Assembly: GCA_910577655.1 (NCBI GenBank)
Contig: CAJTOW010000006.1
Span: 325 to 64,324 of the forward strand
Length of the DNA stretch: 64,000 nucleotides
Direction of reading: 5' to 3'
DNA from: an uncultured Lachnospiraceae bacterium
GTDB lineage: Bacteria; Bacillota; Clostridia; Lachnospirales; Lachnospiraceae
Position numbers and translations under genes: made by a program. Each line of letters begins with the position of its first letter. Positions within the stretch are counted from its first letter, which is position 1. Positions 19,778 through 28,451 of the stretch are shown one piece after another. Under the pieces are notes generated by a model. That model was not told the origin of the DNA, searched no databases, and worked only from the letters and a program-made list of their open reading frames with translations.

Positions 19778-20713
19778 TCACTCATGAAGCCTGCGGATGA
19801 TCTTGAACACAATGGTTCCCTCCATCACCAGTGGATCGCTGTGGGCAAAATAGATGATCCCGTCTGCAGGCGCCAGGACCCGGCTGATAATCTCCCCTTC
19901 TAATGGATCCAGAATAACGGCCAGCTCCTGGCCCCGGTATACCTCCTCCCCCGGCTCTGCCTGACGCCGGTAGATCCCCGGCAGCTCATTCTTCACACTG
20001 GTCAGGTCATCGTCCCGGATCACACTGGCGATATAGCCGCTATGGCTGGTATACCGCAGAATCCCCACACGGGTCAGAAACCGCAGCACCGAGGCCACCG
20101 CAACCCTTGCAGAGGCGTCATCCAGACGCCTGGTGGCACTGGTATAGACAGAAAACGCACTGGTATTCCAGATCTGCCAGTTGTAATTGAGGGTAGCTGT
20201 GTCAATAGGCCTGGGCTTGCGGATCACCACATAAGGCAGGCCAAAAAGACTTGCCTGACTGGGATTCTGGAAGCCTGTCTCCATCATCCGTACATGGGGC
20301 ACAAAATCCCCTTGTATATAGAAGCTGGGAAACTGAATGCCATAGCTGTAACCCTGGATCGCCCTGAACACCCCGTCCGCGATCCGCTGGGTGGTCTCCC
20401 CGGCATCATAGCCCGGAAACATCCGGTTGATATCCGTATTATCCGTGGCCCAGAAACGTTTCCCGATATTCATGGAGCTGTGGTTCACAGAGGGGATCAC
20501 CAGTATCTCATTGCCATTGACCATGGCTCCCTTTTCCTCCAGGTTTTTTAATGCTTTCACCAGCTGGGAACAGATATAGAGCTGCTGCACCTCGTCTCCC
20601 CGCATGGCTCCCACGATGCAGGCAGCCTTCTCTCCCCTGCCGAACCGGTAGCCGTAGATATTCAAGTCATCCCGGTAGCTGTTCTTCAAAGAATAGATAC
20701 ATTCCTTTTTCAT
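19778..20713 (-). CDS. M14/AstE-AspA family protein, predicted catalytically inactive
   Basis: DINRMFPG retained, but HGDE becomes RGDE, and the third Zn His and catalytic Glu positions are substituted. Confidence 0.8.
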   Translation of the reverse strand: MKKECIYSLKNSYRDDLNIYGYRFGRGEKAACIVGAMRGDEVQQLYICSQLVKALKNLEEKGAMVNGNEILVIPSVNHSSMNIGKRFWATDNTDINRMFPGYDAGETTQRIADGVFRAIQGYSYGIQFPSFYIQGDFVPHVRMMETGFQNPSQASLFGLPYVVIRKPRPIDTATLNYNWQIWNTSAFSVYTSATRRLDDASARVAVASVLRFLTRVGILRYTSHSGYIASVIRDDDLTSVKNELPGIYRRQAEPGEEVYRGQELAVILDPLEGEIISRVLAPADGIIYFAHSDPLVMEGTIVFKIIRRLHE

Positions 20714-21648
20714 GCGAAATCACCTCCCAGAACCCGGGCAATCAGGGAACCGCAGGATACCACCGGATACTCCCGCAGGGTAAAGAGCATCCCGTGGACC
20801 GGCGCCAGCAGCTCCTCCTCCACCGTCCCGTCCAGGGGATTCAGGATGTGCCCGATCACTTCCCCCTCCGCCACATTCATCCAGTGTTCCACAGAGGGCA
20901 CAAAGATGCCGGGGGCATTGGCATTAACAAAGCCTACCATGCCGTCCTGGGAAATGATGGGCTCCTTAGGTGTGATGGTCTCCCCATCCCAGATCCCCAT
21001 ATCCTTCATGACACAGAAGATGCCGTCCGTCAGCTGGTGACAGAAGGCCCCGGTGATCCGCATGCCCACCCCCATTTCCACCACCACCGTAGGCACTCCG
21101 ATGGAGTTCAGGCTGTGGGCCAGGGTAGATTCCAGCACCGTGGCCGCAGAATGAACCCAGACAAAATCCAGGTTCAGCCTTCTGGCTATGGGAACCAGCT
21201 CTCTGGCTGTATTGACATTGACCCTGGCCTGGGGAATCTCCCGCAGAAAGATATTGCTGGCGTGGATATCGATGCAGAGATCCGCGCCGGCAATATCCTG
21301 GATAATACGGGATGCCACATACTCCGCCACGGCACCGTTCTCATCTCCCGGGAAGATCCGGTTCATATCCAGGTCAAACATGGGAATCCCGCGGGAAATG
21401 GAATCCACCCCCAGGGGATTTAAAGCCGGATATATCTCCACGATCCCTTTCAGACACTCCTTATGCTCCCGGATAATCCGGTTTATCTCATAACAGACAT
21501 ACTGCCCCTCCAGCTCATCACCATGGGTTCCGGTGACAATGCAGATCCGCTTCTCCTTCCCGGTCACGGTCTCCGGCTGGATCACATTTTTCACGACTCT
21601 CAGACTCTCGTCTACCGCCAGACCGACGGAAACCACTGTCTTCTTCAT
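20710..21648 (-). CDS. M14/AstE-AspA family metallopeptidase (succinylglutamate desuccinylase-like)
   Basis: GTHGDELEG, DMNRIFPG, DIHAS and VVEMG motifs all intact. Confidence 0.88.
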   Translation of the reverse strand: MKKTVVSVGLAVDESLRVVKNVIQPETVTGKEKRICIVTGTHGDELEGQYVCYEINRIIREHKECLKGIVEIYPALNPLGVDSISRGIPMFDLDMNRIFPGDENGAVAEYVASRIIQDIAGADLCIDIHASNIFLREIPQARVNVNTARELVPIARRLNLDFVWVHSAATVLESTLAHSLNSIGVPTVVVEMGVGMRITGAFCHQLTDGIFCVMKDMGIWDGETITPKEPIISQDGMVGFVNANAPGIFVPSVEHWMNVAEGEVIGHILNPLDGTVEEELLAPVHGMLFTLREYPVVSCGSLIARVLGGDFA

Positions 21649-22427
21649 GCTGTCTCTTCCACCTTTACGAAAATTTGCTGCGTCTGGGAAGCAAAGCCCA
21701 GAAAACAGCCCTTATCCACCGCACCGTCGGCAAAGTCCCGGCCATGGGTCAGCTTGATATAGGTCTCATCCACCATCCGGTTGTTGGTAGGATCAAAGCC
21801 GTACCATCCCCCGTCCATCCAGACCTCCGCCCAGGCATGGGTCTGGCCCTCCCCGGTCATCATCCCCGCCACATACCGGGCAGGAACTCCCGCCAGTCTG
21901 CACAGGCTGATGAAAATATGGGCATAATCCTGGCACACTCCCTCACCTCCGGTCAGAGCCTCCTCTGCCCTGGTCTTCACGCCGGTAACTCCCGGCACGT
22001 AAACGAACCGTCCGGACAGACGGTTCATCATAAACTGCAGACCAGACCGGTCCCCAGGCAGTCTGCCCAGCTCTTCCTCTGTCTCCTTTAGAAATCTCCG
22101 TATCCCATCCCCCGGCACCGTATAGGCAGACTGGAACCGGTACATAGGGTGAAGAGACTCTCTGCGGAATACTCCGGACACCTGCACGGTCCCCTCTGCC
22201 TGAATCTGCAGATGGTCATGGGGAGCCCGCACGGCCCCCGCATATCCCAAGTTGCCAAAGCCGTCTTGCACCTGGTCAATGGTATCCGCCGGCGTGATCT
22301 GGCAGGCAAACTGCTCTATTTTCTGATTGTCATCTTCCATAGGGATGCAGCGGATCAGGAAATGGTGGTCCTGGACCATCTGGCTTAAATCCAGCCGCAT
22401 CTGATAGAGAAAATGCAGTTTTTTCAA
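21645..22427 (-). CDS. Transglutaminase-like cysteine protease
   Basis: GVCQDYAH, HAWAEV and GFDPTN triad; GRDF.D motif; TTG start after GAGGTG. Confidence 0.92.
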   Translation of the reverse strand: MKKLHFLYQMRLDLSQMVQDHHFLIRCIPMEDDNQKIEQFACQITPADTIDQVQDGFGNLGYAGAVRAPHDHLQIQAEGTVQVSGVFRRESLHPMYRFQSAYTVPGDGIRRFLKETEEELGRLPGDRSGLQFMMNRLSGRFVYVPGVTGVKTRAEEALTGGEGVCQDYAHIFISLCRLAGVPARYVAGMMTGEGQTHAWAEVWMDGGWYGFDPTNNRMVDETYIKLTHGRDFADGAVDKGCFLGFASQTQQIFVKVEETA

Positions 22428-22571
22428 ATTATCACCTCAAAGTATATTACTATTCATGAAGCGCAATCTTCTTGTCTGACTGCGCCGGACAAGGAGCATC
22501 AGGCGTCCGCTTTCAGAAAGCCGTGTTTTATGAAAGGCATCTTATCCGGATATATATATGCTCCGGCGCCG

Positions 22572-23243
22572 TCAGAATATATTCCACAACGCATTCAGCG
22601 CATCCTGCCGCCTGACAGTCCAGCCCTCCCCGAGATTGATCACCTCCGTCAGCTTATCCACCTGTGACAGATTGTACCCGATCCTGATTTTATGCAGGCG
22701 GTTCAGGAATTTATTATATTCTTTTTCAATATGCCGGTATGGGAAGTCCAGCCGTATGTAGAGATCCAGCCGCTCCAGGTACTTGCCGCACTTGATGATG
22801 TTGCGGCACTCCTCATCGTCCACACAGTCATCCAGACAGCCCCAGAACGCGAAGATATAATCCCGCATGGGCTGCATGGCATAGGTAAACCAGGTCTCCC
22901 GGCTGGCATGCTCAATGGTATCTAAGGCCAGCTGCACATAGGAAAGGGTCATGCTGCTGAGCTCATCCCGCAGAACCACCGCATTGTCAAAGGCCCGGAG
23001 CATATTGCTGTAGATGGAATTGGGATCCTCCCTGGCAAATACATACCTGCGGATGAAATCCTCCTTGTCCGCGTAAATATCCGGAATGGACAGTCTCTCA
23101 CAAAACCTGTGGTAGGCATCCGGATCCTTGTCCAGCATCTTGTCATAATAAGAAAAAAATCTATCCAGGGTGGTATACACCCGCTCCACATAGCGTCCCA
23201 GCCAGAACAGATGATCCGCCTTTTCTATCGAGATAATACCCAT
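22572..23243 (-). CDS. Alpha-E domain protein (DUF403)
   Basis: LFWLGRYVERV and GKYLERLD duplicated ER motifs. Confidence 0.9.
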   Translation of the reverse strand: MGIISIEKADHLFWLGRYVERVYTTLDRFFSYYDKMLDKDPDAYHRFCERLSIPDIYADKEDFIRRYVFAREDPNSIYSNMLRAFDNAVVLRDELSSMTLSYVQLALDTIEHASRETWFTYAMQPMRDYIFAFWGCLDDCVDDEECRNIIKCGKYLERLDLYIRLDFPYRHIEKEYNKFLNRLHKIRIGYNLSQVDKLTEVINLGEGWTVRRQDALNALWNIF

Positions 23244-24538
23244 GTATCTTTAAAACCTCCTCCCTGAGATGAGTTCACCACAAATGAATCCGGATTCCGC
23301 GAGAAACGTGTCAGACCGCTGGGCCATACCCTGGTAGTCCCGCTGCTGAGCACAAAGGCCCGCAGATCCGCCTTCCGGGGCGCCATGCTCTCCCCGTCCA
23401 CGATATCCAGGTCAATAAAATCGATCACCTCCTGGGCGATAAAGCGCCGGGGCTCTCCCATAATGATCTGTCTTAGCTCCTCCAGCTTTTCCTTTGACAG
23501 ATCGCTGCCAAACACCACTCCATAGCCGCCGGCCTCCGACACATCCTTCACCACCAGCCGCTCCAGATGCTCCAGAATGAAACGGCGGTCATCCTCATAG
23601 AACGCCAGATAGGTAGGAGCATTTTTCAGAATGGCCTCCTCACCCAGATAATATTTCACCATATGGGGCACGAAATAGTAGATCCCTTTATCATCCGCCA
23701 CCCCGTTGCCCGGCGCGTTCACCAGAGCCACGTTGCCGCTCCGGTATACATCCATGATCCCCGGCACTCCGATCAGGGACTCCGGCTCAAAGCACAGCGG
23801 ATCCAGGTATTCATCGGAAATCCTCCTGTAGACCGTGCCAACCTGCTGGTCTGTACCCTGGTACTGGCGGTAGTAGAGACGGTTCCCCTCCACATAGAGA
23901 TCCTGGGGCATAGCCAGAACCGCCCCGGAACGCTCTGCCAGGTAGGAATGCTCGAAAAAGGCGGCATTGTAACGGCCCGGTGTCAGTACCACGTTAATCC
24001 CGCCTGTATTGACCGAATCCATGACCTCCTTAAGCATATCCGCATAGTTCCGGTTGTCCACAAGCTGGGTATGGGTGAAGGTCTCCGGGGACGCCTGACG
24101 GGTCAGCTCCCTGGCAATCATGGGATAGGAGGCCCCGGACGGAATCCGCAGATTATCCTCCAGAATGTACCAGCTGCCGTCCTTTCCCTGGACCAGGTCG
24201 ATACCGGATATATGGCTGTATATCCTTTTGGGCGGGGTGATCCCTTCACACTGGGGCAGATATCCTTTGGAAGAAAAGATAAAATCCTCCGGAATCACTC
24301 CGTCCTTCACGATCTTTTTGTCACTGTATATATCCGCCAGAAACCCATTCAGCGCATCCACCCGCTGGGTAAGTCCCCGCTCCAGATAAGCGAACTCCTC
24401 CGCCGTAATCACCCGGGCCAGAGGGTCAAAGGGAAAAAGCTGCTCGTGAAATTCCTTATTCTTATAAATCCCGAACTTTACCCCATAGCGCGCCAGCAGC
24501 CGGTTAATCCCTTCCATGTGCCCAACCAGTTCTCTCAT
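23225..24538 (-). CDS. Circularly permuted type 2 ATP-grasp protein (DUF404/407)
   Basis: PFD, LEDNLRIPSG.SY, YRR, NAPGNGVADDK, GGYG, DLR and VNSSQGGG.KDTW motifs; AGGAGG before ATG 24538. Confidence 0.93.
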   Translation of the reverse strand: MRELVGHMEGINRLLARYGVKFGIYKNKEFHEQLFPFDPLARVITAEEFAYLERGLTQRVDALNGFLADIYSDKKIVKDGVIPEDFIFSSKGYLPQCEGITPPKRIYSHISGIDLVQGKDGSWYILEDNLRIPSGASYPMIARELTRQASPETFTHTQLVDNRNYADMLKEVMDSVNTGGINVVLTPGRYNAAFFEHSYLAERSGAVLAMPQDLYVEGNRLYYRQYQGTDQQVGTVYRRISDEYLDPLCFEPESLIGVPGIMDVYRSGNVALVNAPGNGVADDKGIYYFVPHMVKYYLGEEAILKNAPTYLAFYEDDRRFILEHLERLVVKDVSEAGGYGVVFGSDLSKEKLEELRQIIMGEPRRFIAQEVIDFIDLDIVDGESMAPRKADLRAFVLSSGTTRVWPSGLTRFSRNPDSFVVNSSQGGGFKDTWVLSR

Positions 24539-24642
24539 TGGCAATCCTCCTCTGCTCATCCCACGTCCCTCATGGGAAGTTCCTTCATCCCATGGACTGT
24601 CCTTACACTCCAGGCGCTACAGAAAAAACGTCACCGGGGTAT

Positions 24643-24678
24643 AAAGAAAATGGTGCCCAATTCCTGAGCACCTTTACT
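24643..24678 (-). promoter_or_regulatory. Leader terminator overlapped by an ANTAR-like hexaloop hairpin
   Basis: GGTGCTCA-GGAAT-TGGGCACC-ATTTTCTTT; its 5' arm overlaps AGT-AAAGGT-GCT (loop A1, G4). Confidence 0.55.
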
Positions 24679-24686
24679 TTCATAAT

Positions 24687-24715
24687 ACTATACAACAGTT
24701 TCCGTTTTTTGTCAA
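24687..24715 (-). promoter_or_regulatory. Sigma-A promoter of the ATP-grasp operon
   Basis: TTGACA-17bp-TATAGT. Confidence 0.75.
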
Positions 24716-24734
24716 TTTGCAGTTTGCAGTGCCG

Positions 24735-24950
24735 GAATACCAGGTCATCCTTATTATCCCTTAATTCCAGCTCCGTCGCCCCATAGAAGGCAGGGTGCCG
24801 CTGGATAGCAGCTTCCTCTAAACCGCGCTTATCCGCCACTAATGGTCACCCCCGGTTCCATGAACCGGGGAGGGAGGGGACACCGGCATTCTGACGGTGG
24901 ATAACGGACGGAAAATCCTTTCGCTTTGGTCTGGATTTTTCTGGTAATCT
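24735..24950. ncRNA. Candidate structured ncRNA (identity unresolved; 6S-like or other)
   Basis: GC-rich intergenic block with a long-range closing stem (24735-24743 with 24883-24891) and a perfect internal hairpin CCCCGGTTC-CAT-GAACCGGGG. Confidence 0.35.
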
Positions 24951-25057
24951 GATATAAGATAGAAACAGCTAATTTGTAATATGCACTCTCGAAAGCTCCC
25001 GCCCCTGCCTTTGTGGCTGATTTCCCGAGAGTACATTAATCACTTAAGGAGGCAGCT

Positions 25058-25711
25058 ATGAGATTTTTTGTAGACACAGCAAACGTGGAGGAGATCCAGA
25101 AGGCCAATGACATGGGCATCATCTGTGGTGTCACCACCAACCCGTCCCTGATCGCAAAGGAGGGGCGCAGTTTTAATGAAGTCATTGCCCAGATTGCCGA
25201 CATTGTGGACGGTCCCATCAGCGGCGAGGTGAAGGCCACCACCACCGACGCCGAGGGCATGATCGCCGAGGGAAGAGAGATCGCGGCCATCCACCCCAAC
25301 ATGGTGGTAAAGATCCCCATGACCGCAGAAGGCTTAAAAGCCACCAGAGTACTGTCCGCCGAGAACATTCAAACCAATGTAACCCTGGTCTTCACCGCTG
25401 CCCAGGCCCTTCTGGCTGCCAGAGCCGGAGCCACTTACGTATCCCCCTTCCTGGGGCGTCTGGACGATGTGTCCACACCAGGCATTGACCTGATCTGTGA
25501 TATCGCAGAGATCTTCAACCTCCATGATATCAGGACCCAGATCATTGCCGCCAGCATACGCAATCCCATCCATGTAATCGACTGCGCAAAAGCAGGGGCA
25601 GATATTGCCACTGTCCCCTACAAAGTGATTGAGCAGATGATAAAGCACCCCCTGACAGATGCCGGAATCGCCAAATTCCAGGCTGACTACAAGGCTGTCT
25701 TTGGGGAATAA
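25058..25711 (+). CDS. tal: Transaldolase / fructose-6-phosphate aldolase family
   Basis: [27 protein letters not shown] and IIAASIR motifs. Confidence 0.92.
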   Translation: MRFFVDTANVEEIQKANDMGIICGVTTNPSLIAKEGRSFNEVIAQIADIVDGPISGEVKATTTDAEGMIAEGREIAAIHPNMVVKIPMTAEGLKATRVLSAENIQTNVTLVFTAAQALLAARAGATYVSPFLGRLDDVSTPGIDLICDIAEIFNLHDIRTQIIAASIRNPIHVIDCAKAGADIATVPYKVIEQMIKHPLTDAGIAKFQADYKAVFGE

Positions 25712-25948
25712 AAACCGACAGCAGGAGGGGCTGCCGCAAAATGACGCCCTGCGTCATCCCTGTTTTCTCCAGTCCTTTCTGCTGATCTGGATTTGTTATC
25801 ATCACGCAATCTCCGCAAGTCTCCTTTTTACGCTTTCATAAGGGGAATTAAAATATTTTTGTAAGTTTGTAATGGCCAATTTCATGGGCGATAATGAATC
25901 TTTTTGTCTGCAAATCACGCTGGGCATTGACACCAGTCGCCTTGTCTG

Positions 25949-26263
25949 TCAACAAACCGAACACATAACAAACCCGGGATTCTTCCTTCTGGTATTCCCT
26001 TGGACTCTTCCCACGTTTTTCTTAAATTTGCCCAGACAGGCGCTGTTGTAGTTGAAGCTCCGGGCGATCATCTCCGGATATTCTTCTGACACAGAGTCCT
26101 GATTTTTCTCCGGTCCCCAGATCAGATCAATGGTGAGAACATCCTCCTGGTCCAAGATGAAGGTCTGCGCCAGACGGCAGCCTTCTGCATTCCAGTCAAT
26201 CAGGTCACAGATTCCCTCCCATAAATCCCATCCGTCTCCTCTCCCATCTGTAACTGGTCTCAT
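25949..26263 (-). pseudogene. Collapsed remnant of a YesN-type (receiver + AraC) response regulator
   Basis: EGICDLIDWNAEG resembles a YesN N-terminus; FNYNSACLGKFKKNVG resembles an AraC HTH; most intervening sequence is missing. Confidence 0.4.
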
Positions 26264-26377
26264 GCGTCATGCCGCCGCTTCGCAGCAGCATCCATATTAC
26301 AACTACAATAGGCCAGCACATCTTATGGGGATGCGCTGCCTATTGCCCTTCTGGCCATCTCCCGCTCCCTGCCCAAG

Positions 26378-26833
26378 GTGCCTACGGAATTCCTGCGCAG
26401 GGAAGAGATCTTTATTGTAGCTGCCATGGATCATCCGGTTCTCCAGTATGCGAAACCTCTCCCCGGTGAACCGGAAAAACTCTATATTGAACCGAAAACC
26501 GCCGCAGAATATGACTTTATCCTGACCTCACCCAATACGGTTCTGCGTACCATCACGGAGGATCTTTTTGCAGAGCATCACCTCACTGTAAAATACAAGT
26601 ATGACAATCTTACTCTGGACTTCGCCATGGCTATGGCCGAGCAGGGAATCGGACTGCTCTTCTCTCATGAATCTCTAATCCGGCCAGACCAGGCAGTGGT
26701 CTGCCTCTCCATCGGCCCACATAAGCTGTGGCGGGATCTGGTTCTGGCTTTTCCATCCAGCCACTACCGCTCCAAAGCCACCAAAGCCCTGGCAGCCAGG
26801 ATTCATGAGAAGCTTGATGTAAATTATGGATAA
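26378..26833 (+). pseudogene. LysR substrate-binding domain fragment lacking the HTH
   Basis: EEIFIVA..DHP, LR..TE.LF and AMAMAEQGIG motifs; no intact 5' half. Confidence 0.65.
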
Positions 26834-26840
26834 TACTTCT

Positions 26841-26934
26841 GTTACAGTTCACGGGGGCGGTTGTTCCGTGGAAACCTTTTTCAAGAGCTGGTAGCCACTG
26901 GCCAAGAAAAAACAACATGGCCGTAAATAGTAAC
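26841..26934 (+). repeat. Family B element (related copy 54301-54368; end fragment ~30380-30397)
   Basis: GTTAC(A/T)GTTCACGGGGG..TTGTTCC...AGAGCTGGTA...GGCC...AAACAA..TGGCC is shared. Confidence 0.65.
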
Positions 26935-26940
26935 AACTGT

Positions 26941-26971
26941 GTAACAGTTCAGGGGGTATCTGAACTGTTAC
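26941..26971. repeat. 31-bp palindromic repeat, family A (perfect arms)
   Basis: GTAACAGTTCAG-GGGGTAT-CTGAACTGTTAC. Confidence 0.9.
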
Positions 26972-27279
26972 ACAACTATTACCCATTATTTCTAAAATCT
27001 TTCTAAAGTCCTTGCATTTTCGCATTCACTTGTGATAAAATAAATCCACATTTCCCGGATTCTTCTATCCAGGAGTATGTCCGGCAGCTCTGCCAGGTTA
27101 TCCGATACAGATTGTTTTTATTTCTTTTGAAGTCAGGTCTGTAAGCTTTACAGTAAATAAACCCAGCAAAACAGTTCCACAAGCACCTGAATTCTTATAA
27201 CAAAAGGGAGATGATGTGTAAGACAAATTTTTTCTTGCTAAAGCCTAACAGAACACGATATAATGAAAAGGAGAGATAC

Positions 27280-28332
27280 ATGAAGGATATAATACCTGCT
27301 GATACCAGTAAACAAAGCGGAGCCGGACGGCGGACAGCTTCAGATATTACATACCAGAATAAAGACGTGGCCTCAAAGGTTACCGGAGAAGCCCTGGTAG
27401 GACACAGTCTGGCGCCTCTTGGCCTGCCGGATATCAAAATTGTTGATGCGCTTCCGACCAGTCTTCCGGCGGTTGAAAGTAATGAGCTGAGACTGGACAA
27501 CTTGTTTCTTCTGGAGGATGGGGCGGTCGCGATCATTGATTATGAGTCCGGCTACAGCCGGGAGAATTTTGTAAAATATCTGAATTATGCAGCCAGGGTG
27601 GCAAAGCGCTACTGCGTCCGGAAGATGCTTCCCCAACTGATGAAGCTGAGAATCATTGTAATCTATACAGCTGATGTAGAAACAGCCCCCATCCGGTATG
27701 ATCTGGATGGAGTTCTGGTACAGGTGGAGCCGTCCTATCTGGTGAAGATGGATACAGAAAGGATCAGGAACAGGCTGGAGGAAAAGATCCAGAGAAAGGA
27801 AGCTCTAGACACAGAAGACCAGATGCAGCTAATGGTTCTGCCATTAACCGTGAAAGGCAGAGAAGCCAAACAGTGGGTGACCATGGAGGCAGTCACTCTT
27901 GCCAAAAGGATCAAAAACCAGAAACAGAAGAACCAGATCCTGGCAGGAATCCTGACCTTTACGGATAAGATTATCGATGAAGGTTACCGTAACAGAATAA
28001 AGGAGGAGTGGGAGATGACACAGATCGGGAGAATGATTTTTGATGATGGATTCAAAGCCGGAGAAAAAGAGGGAGAAGCCCGGGGAGAAGCTCGGGGTGA
28101 GGCCCGGGGTGAGGCCCGGGGAGAAGCCCGGGGGGAGATCCGGGGAAGAAACCAGAAACTGATTGAACAGAGCTGCCGTAAACTGAGAAAAGGGAAGACC
28201 CCGGAAATGATTGCCCAGGAACTGGAGGAAAGTCTGGAGCTGATCCAGAGCATCTGTCAGGCGGCCTCTGGCTTTGCACCGGACTATGATTCGGATAAGG
28301 TGTTTGGAGTCTGGCAGCAGGCGATACTATGA
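27280..28332 (+). CDS. Rpn/YhgA-like PD-(D/E)xK nuclease family protein
   Basis: NKD, R.D.LF.L.DG...IDYES, YLNY and VIYT motifs; GEAR-repeat helix and HTH-like C-terminus. Confidence 0.72.
   Translation: MKDIIPADTSKQSGAGRRTASDITYQNKDVASKVTGEALVGHSLAPLGLPDIKIVDALPTSLPAVESNELRLDNLFLLEDGAVAIIDYESGYSRENFVKYLNYAARVAKRYCVRKMLPQLMKLRIIVIYTADVETAPIRYDLDGVLVQVEPSYLVKMDTERIRNRLEEKIQRKEALDTEDQMQLMVLPLTVKGREAKQWVTMEAVTLAKRIKNQKQKNQILAGILTFTDKIIDEGYRNRIKEEWEMTQIGRMIFDDGFKAGEKEGEARGEARGEARGEARGEARGEIRGRNQKLIEQSCRKLRKGKTPEMIAQELEESLELIQSICQAASGFAPDYDSDKVFGVWQQAIL
28072..28143 (+). repeat. 12-bp coding tandem repeat (GEAR x5 + GEIR)
   Basis: GGNGARGCYCGG units read directly. Confidence 0.9.
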
Positions 28333-28451
28333 TCTGAATAGCCTGTTCAAACGATTGCATTTAAAGTGAATAAACGAATGATATCCTATTTTTCCTTTAC
28401 AACCCTCTCCATGTATGCTACTATATGGTTAGTTTATAAGGAGTGCTAATA

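Noticed and set aside
23567..24667. Long antisense ORFs (e.g. 23567-24667 +, 44891-45829 -, 20551-21423 +, 16009-16836 +)
   Set aside because: They shadow well-supported genes on the opposite strand and show no recognisable motifs.
27280..28332. Rpn genes as true transposases/IS elements
   Set aside because: No terminal repeats or target duplications flank either gene.
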